DNA of 64,000 bases from Clostridia bacterium (GTDB lineage: Bacteria > Bacillota > Clostridia > Christensenellales > Aristaeellaceae): NCBI GenBank assembly GCA_017938795.1, contig JAGBAV010000037.1:4305-68304 (forward strand), written 5' to 3'. A program made the position numbers and the translations under genes. Below the pieces are notes generated by a model. That model was not told the DNA's origin. It saw nothing but the letters and a program-made list of their open reading frames with translations, and did not search any database. Positions 62,719 to 64,000 of the stretch are shown piece by piece (positions within the stretch are counted from its first letter, which is position 1; every line of letters starts with the position of its first letter).

Positions 62719-62795
62719 GGATCCGGCGCAGCGGGAAGGAACGGGTCACCGGAGATGTAAGGGATGCCAGTTCCTTCCCCGCCCTGCTGTTTGGC

Positions 62796-62824
62796 TTGAC
62801 AAGCCCAGTGTTTTTCCGTATAAT
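62796..62824 (+). promoter_or_regulatory. consensus sigma70 promoter of the alaS leader
   Basis: TTGACA (62796-801), 17-nt spacer, TATAAT (62819-24). Confidence 0.7.
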
Positions 62825-62829
62825 AGCGG

Positions 62830-63068
62830 AGATATCAAAAGCATTGATGCGGAAAGAGCCGGGGTCAGTGACTCATGCCAAGCGAGCCGGGGGCGGTGCG
62901 AGCCCGGCGCATGGGGGAGCCGGGCAGCCCTCCGCGTAGCCGCCGGCGAGGAGCCGGCCGTATGCCCGCGTTAAGGGTGAGAGAGGGCGTCCCCCTGCGG
63001 GGGCGTCAACCGGAGTGGTACCGCGAATTGCGTCTGTTCGTCCCCGGGCGGCAGGCGTTTTATTTTTT
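62830..63068 (+). promoter_or_regulatory. T-box leader (tRNA-sensing riboswitch) of alaS
   Basis: AGTGA box at 62867-71. T-box core caaccggaGTGGTACCGCGaa at 63008-63027. Terminator cgtctgttcgtcc-ccg-ggcggcaggcg plus ttttatttttt (63031-63068). Located upstream of an aminoacyl-tRNA synthetase. Confidence 0.8.
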
Positions 63069-63169
63069 GGATTATGCCTGATGAGAGCGCCTTCCTGTGA
63101 AGGAAGCAGCCCCCTGCGGCTGCGCCCGCAGGCGCGGGGCGCATCAGGCGGAGAAAAGGAGAGACAACC

Positions 63170-64000
63170 ATGAAGAAGATGACCTCTGGCGAGCTGCGTG
63201 CGATGTGGCTCAATTTCTTCAAGAGCAAGGGCCATGCTGTGATCCCCAGCGCCTCCGTCATCCCGGAGAATGACCCGACCGTTCTGTTCACCACCGCGGG
63301 CATGCATCCGCTGGTCCCGTATCTGCTGGGCAGCAAGCACCCGGCCGGCACCCGCCTGACCGACGTGCAGAAGTGCATCCGCACCGGCGATATCGAGGAG
63401 GTCGGCGATGCTTCCCACCTGACCTTCTTTGAGATGCTGGGCAACTGGTCCCTCGGCGATTACTTCAAGAAGGAAATGATCGCCTGGAGCTGGGAGTTCC
63501 TCACCAGCCCGGAGTATCTCGGCCTTGATAAGGACAAGCTGGCCTTCACCGTCTTTGAGGGCGAGGGCGATATCCCGCGCGACGAAGAGGCCGCCGGCTA
63601 CTGGATGGAGCAGGGCGTGAAGAAGGAGAACATCTACTTCCTCCCGCGCAAGCACAACTGGTGGGGCCCCGCCGGCCAGACCGGCCCCTGCGGCCCGGAT
63701 ACCGAGATGTTCATCATCAAGGATCAGGCGCCCTGCGGCCCGGATTGCTCCCCGGCCTGCTCCTGCGGCCGCTTCCTTGAGATCTGGAACGACGTCTTCA
63801 TGCAGTACAACAAGACTGCCGACGGCCAGTATGTGCCGATGGAGAAGAAGAACGTCGATACCGGCATGGGCCTGGAGCGCACCATCTGCACGCTGAACGG
63901 CTGCAAGACCGTCTACGAGACCGACGCCTTCGCCGGCATCCTTGCCAAGATCTCCGAGCTGTCCGGCAAGGGCTACGAGGATGACGCGGAGACCACCAAG
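63170..64000 (+). CDS. alaS: alanine--tRNA ligase (N-terminal 277 codons; runs off the window)
   Basis: Not in the ORF track because there is no stop in the window. Hand translation: [54 protein letters not shown]. This is the canonical AlaRS N-terminus. AAAAGGAGAG RBS. Confidence 0.92.
   Translation, partial: MKKMTSGELRAMWLNFFKSKGHAVIPSASVIPENDPTVLFTTAGMHPLVPYLLGSKHPAGTRLTDVQKCIRTGDIEEVGDASHLTFFEMLGNWSLGDYFKKEMIAWSWEFLTSPEYLGLDKDKLAFTVFEGEGDIPRDEEAAGYWMEQGVKKENIYFLPRKHNWWGPAGQTGPCGPDTEMFIIKDQAPCGPDCSPACSCGRFLEIWNDVFMQYNKTADGQYVPMEKKNVDTGMGLERTICTLNGCKTVYETDAFAGILAKISELSGKGYEDDAETTK

Noticed and set aside
62873-63655. 260-aa minus-strand ORF at the window end
   Set aside because: It is antisense to the alaS leader and coding region. 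The plus strand gives a canonical AlaRS N-terminus with an RBS.

Overview
This is a high-GC, Clostridia-like chromosomal segment. Sampled 60-nt lines are about 62-70% G+C. The taxon guess (Oscillospirales-type gut anaerobe) is inference only. I can support about 55 protein genes plus one tmRNA (ssrA, next to smpB), one tRNA-Arg(CCG), a yybP-ykoY Mn2+ riboswitch in front of mntP, a T-box leader in front of a 3'-truncated alaS, and several sigma70-like promoters and intrinsic terminators. Housekeeping and metabolic content includes phosphoglucomutase, PepF-type M3 peptidase, a choloylglycine-hydrolase-family enzyme, HprK, ROK glucokinase, PPi-type PFK, M18 aminopeptidase, SbcCD and AspRS. Accessory and metabolic modules are: (i) a BtuCD-like ABC importer, methyltransferase and YqeC operon behind a riboswitch-like attenuator leader, followed by a selenium-dependent molybdenum hydroxylase maturation set (DUF3343, Cys desulfurase/SCL, YedF, SelD, YqeB, XdhC); (ii) subtype-B tannase, TetR and an exported two-FMN-domain flavoprotein reductase; (iii) a TetR, flavin-reductase-like, NmrA-like, DUF1295 and membrane-protein operon; (iv) an SdpR, SdpI and ABC exporter module. 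Three visibly lower-GC insertions stand out. The first is a decayed island downstream of ssrA, carrying an array of ssrA-3'-end-derived repeats, a SLOG/DUF1273 gene and an XRE gene. The second is a single-gene island encoding a 1083-aa Zn-ribbon, putative HEPN-like, STAND NTPase and TPR protein; this is my top candidate for a novel NLR/Avs-like defence gene. The third is a two-gene glyco-island with a GT2-GT4 fusion and a 667-aa unknown protein. No CRISPR array, rRNA, transposase or integrase was found. The many long antisense ORFs in the track are GC-driven shadow ORFs.
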